The translations under genes were made by a program, and so were the position numbers. A stretch of 64,000 nt of DNA from Takakia lepidozioides. Lineage: Eukaryota; Plantae; Bryophyta. The notes under the pieces were generated by a model. The model saw nothing but the letters and a program-made list of their open reading frames with translations, had not been told where the DNA came from and did no database searches. Location: NCBI GenBank assembly GCA_030704615.1, contig CM060733.1, forward strand, positions 65,720,001 through 65,784,000. Direction: 5' to 3'. This document shows, piece after piece, positions 61,160 through 64,000 of the stretch. Each line of letters opens with the position of its first letter. The stretch's first letter is position 1.

Positions 61160-63720
61160 TATACCCTGGGCTTGTGCTCGATTCTGGTAACCTCAATGTC
61201 TAAGCTTTTAGATGTGATACAACTGCATCTAGAACTACATGAAAGAGCCACATGGATGCTGGAGTATGGATACTGTTTAAGCAATAATGAGTACATCCTC
61301 TTCAAATGACAATGTAGTAACGATGGACAAATAAGAGGTCCCATGCCTTCTGAACTGTGAGAATTGATGGGCACACATCTGCCAGTGACACGTTTGCAGC
61401 TCAGACTCCTTAAATTAACTTACATAACCTGCAGAACACAAACATGTTTAAAGAAAAAGCCAGATGGTATGATGGACAAGAGGAGAGCAGGAGACCGTCA
61501 CACAAAGAAAGAAGAGAAAAATGATGAATGTTGAGGATGTTGCTTGTCCTCCCGTGTAACTCTGCCTCGGACATAGTTTTCATAACACATTAACAATCGA
61601 CAGTTCACTGAACAAGCCAGACCTGTCTCTCATGGCTCAATACTACACATGTTGTGTTCTAGCTTGGAATACACATATCTTTGCTTGTCAAGACAAGACA
61701 AGCTCAGGCCCGGGAAGCTCTTGATGTTGTACTGAATTTCCATAACACTGAGCACACCAGTCTTGAAGAGACAACCGAAGTTGCCAACAAATCACCTTCA
61801 TGAATAATAGTCCCTAAAGTTGGTGACACACTTACTTAACACTCAGTTAAGTTAAGTTAGCAGTTACTTAAGGTGAGGATAAATTCACAAACCCAAATTG
61901 CCTGCCACATTAACCTCTACTTGGATAGTCTCTTTTTGCCAAAGCATTCAGTTGCAGGTACTTGGCAAATAGCTGTGAGCTATAAGCAGTGACAATATAC
62001 AGCTCATGGCTGCCTGCTACCCAAATTCACCATGGCTGTACCCACTGCTTCTCAAAAGGCAGAAGCAGTGAGCTAAAGGCACCAGTGGCAAGATGTCTTT
62101 ACGTATCTCAAGGGGTAGTGGCTCTCCTCAAGGGGTAGTGGTCCACACCAGTATTGCAAGGCAATTAAAAGCATTGGATCTGTCCACATCTCCTAGCATT
62201 ACCTCCCAGTATAGCCTTGAGACCTGATCCGTATGCTCTTCTCTACCACGGGAGCCCTCTCCAGAGAAGTTCGAAGACAACCACGTAACTGCATCGGAAT
62301 CATTTTGGAGTTTTGCACCATCCTTCAATTGCTCTCGTGTCAAAGCACTCTTGACCACAGCACCCTGTCCATCGTGTTCACCTTCCCATGACCACAGCCA
62401 AAGAAACTCCATAGCATTGTAGCACCACCCGAAATTGAGGGATATCTATGGCCACCAAACAACCCCATTAAACACACATGGACACAAAATTCATAATACA
62501 ATTACAATGATCCCAATGTTTCGACTGGTACCCGTATAATTCATTTGAACTGAAAGTCTTCTAGTTTATGACCTTATACGTGTGCTCAATGAAGAAAAAT
62601 ATACACGATTACCTGGCCACAAAATAAAATGCCCGTCTCGACTTGAATTGTGATGATGCTCCGTCTGACCACACCCAATGTTGAGAGAAAGAAACATGGT
62701 TTTCGGCACACCAGTTTAGATGCAACCTAGTCACATCCAAGAAATTGTCAAAATCAAAGAGAAAAAATATTATATAGCTCTACCAAATCCAGTAATATTC
62801 AACATCATTAGATGAACAAGCTGAAAAGCTACCTGAAAGCATGTTGAACAAATAGCGTGTCATGCAGTCGATCGTCTGAGAGATAAAAATGCACATCTTT
62901 GATGTTAATCCTCTCCCCTCCTTGCAAACAACTGTTAGACGCATGTCGGTATGTGATATGAACCAAAATGGTCATTTGGTCCGAATGCCAGTACATGCTT
63001 TGAATCTCTTTTTGCTCCTTAAAAGTATAGTTCTCTGCAAAATCGATTACAAAGACACAAGTATCCAAGGGAAAATGTTTCATACATTCCCGGGATTGGT
63101 GGTCTTCCCACCTCGCGGTAAAGCTATGCTTTACAAACTCTTTCAGCTTCACCTTTAAGTACTGAATGATATGACTCGGAGGACTCCCTCCTATATTGAG
63201 TTTCACTCTTTTTTTCTCATCCCCTTGTTCATCAAATCCAACTATCTCTCGGCTGAAATGTTTCCACCCCACCAGGGAAAAATCAGTCCCCGATTCCTCG
63301 AGCGGACACAACGGCAATTTATGAACGCCACAATTCTCACTGGCCCATTATACAACTGTACTTATGCCACTCGGCTTCTTCAGATTTGCTACATAGGATC
63401 GCATCACACATATCTCTCACTGAATTGAACGCTTTCTCTTTCGCGACACAACCTACAACGTGTGGATGGATTTGCTGAAGACGGCTTACAAATTTCTTCA
63501 CAATCACACCACATAATGGACCGTGCACTATGGATGCCTCAGACCTCATAGAATTGAGTGTCGATTTTAGATAATCCATCTCTACATGGTACACACAACA
63601 ACAAACCAACCGATCTTTTAACTTTTTGACGTAGTATGGCCTCAACGCAAGAAAGCTTGTTCTTCCAATGTGAACGTCCGGATACCTCTCCTGGAACTCC
63701 ATGAAAAATTGGCTCTGAAA
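61160..63720 (-). mobile_element. Intron-containing Sola2-like DDD transposase pseudogene
   Basis: VIDFAENYTF..EIQSMYWHSDQMT (D1); WVWSDGASSQFKSR at ~62635-62680 (D2); GHGKGEHDGQGAVVK at ~62350-62395, frameshifted (D3). Upstream RTSFLALRPYYV..CCCVYH. GT-AG introns at about 62728-62833 and 62450-62612. The 3' boundary is approximate. Confidence 0.75.
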
Positions 63721-64000
63721 AAAAAAAAAACGAATCAATCCATCATTACATGTCATACGTCATATATGAGTATATGAGTATATGAGTATATGAGTATGAG
63801 TATATGGGTATACTCACTAACTCAGGCAATAGTGACATATTCCTTTGTTACTTTGGTATACTCATTATTTCATGCAATGGTGACATATTCCTTTGTTACT
63901 TTGGTATACTCACTAATTCATAAAGTATTACTCACTATTTTGTAGTAGAGCAAACTATGTAATATATCCGATCATTGCAATCAACATAGTGTTCTTAAAT

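Noticed and set aside
63763-63915. ATATGAGT 8-bp tandem and ~40-bp duplication as an element terminus
   Set aside because: Lies in what looks like an intron of the transposase gene; no inverted partner visible in the window.

Overview
Repeat-rich land-plant nuclear DNA; a bryophyte/moss-like source is my inference from gene and repeat content. Two clearly functional host genes lie convergently: a 9-exon vacuolar processing enzyme (legumain; 45350-49763, +) and a single-exon cytochrome-b5-fused sphingolipid delta-8 desaturase (50493-51923, -). Dead host genes are a PLS-E-DYW PPR pseudogene whose 5' part became a tandem array after it was inactivated (1-3975), an inverted PPR fragment, a second PPR pseudogene (24902-26350) and a proline dehydrogenase pseudogene split by a foldback element. 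The rest is nested transposon debris: a PIF/Harbinger element whose two halves point the same way, a GGG-ended element with a 4-bp target-site duplication (TSD), Ty3/gypsy, RLE-type LINE, SINE, hAT and MULE-like relics, and an intron-containing Sola2-like DDD transposase at the right end. The best candidate for an undescribed system is a pair of gene-dense blocks that look like cargo of large DNA transposons. Block 37.8-44.6 kb has 4-5 FCP1/NIF-like pseudo-phosphatase segments around two intact, divergent paralogs of an unrecognised ~190-aa protein. Block 57-63.8 kb has a RING-H2 gene, a 142-bp hairpin-bearing tandem array, a SWIM finger and the Sola2-like transposase. The two blocks share an identical 15-bp E2F-like motif. 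All calls come from reading the sequence by eye; no database searches were run.
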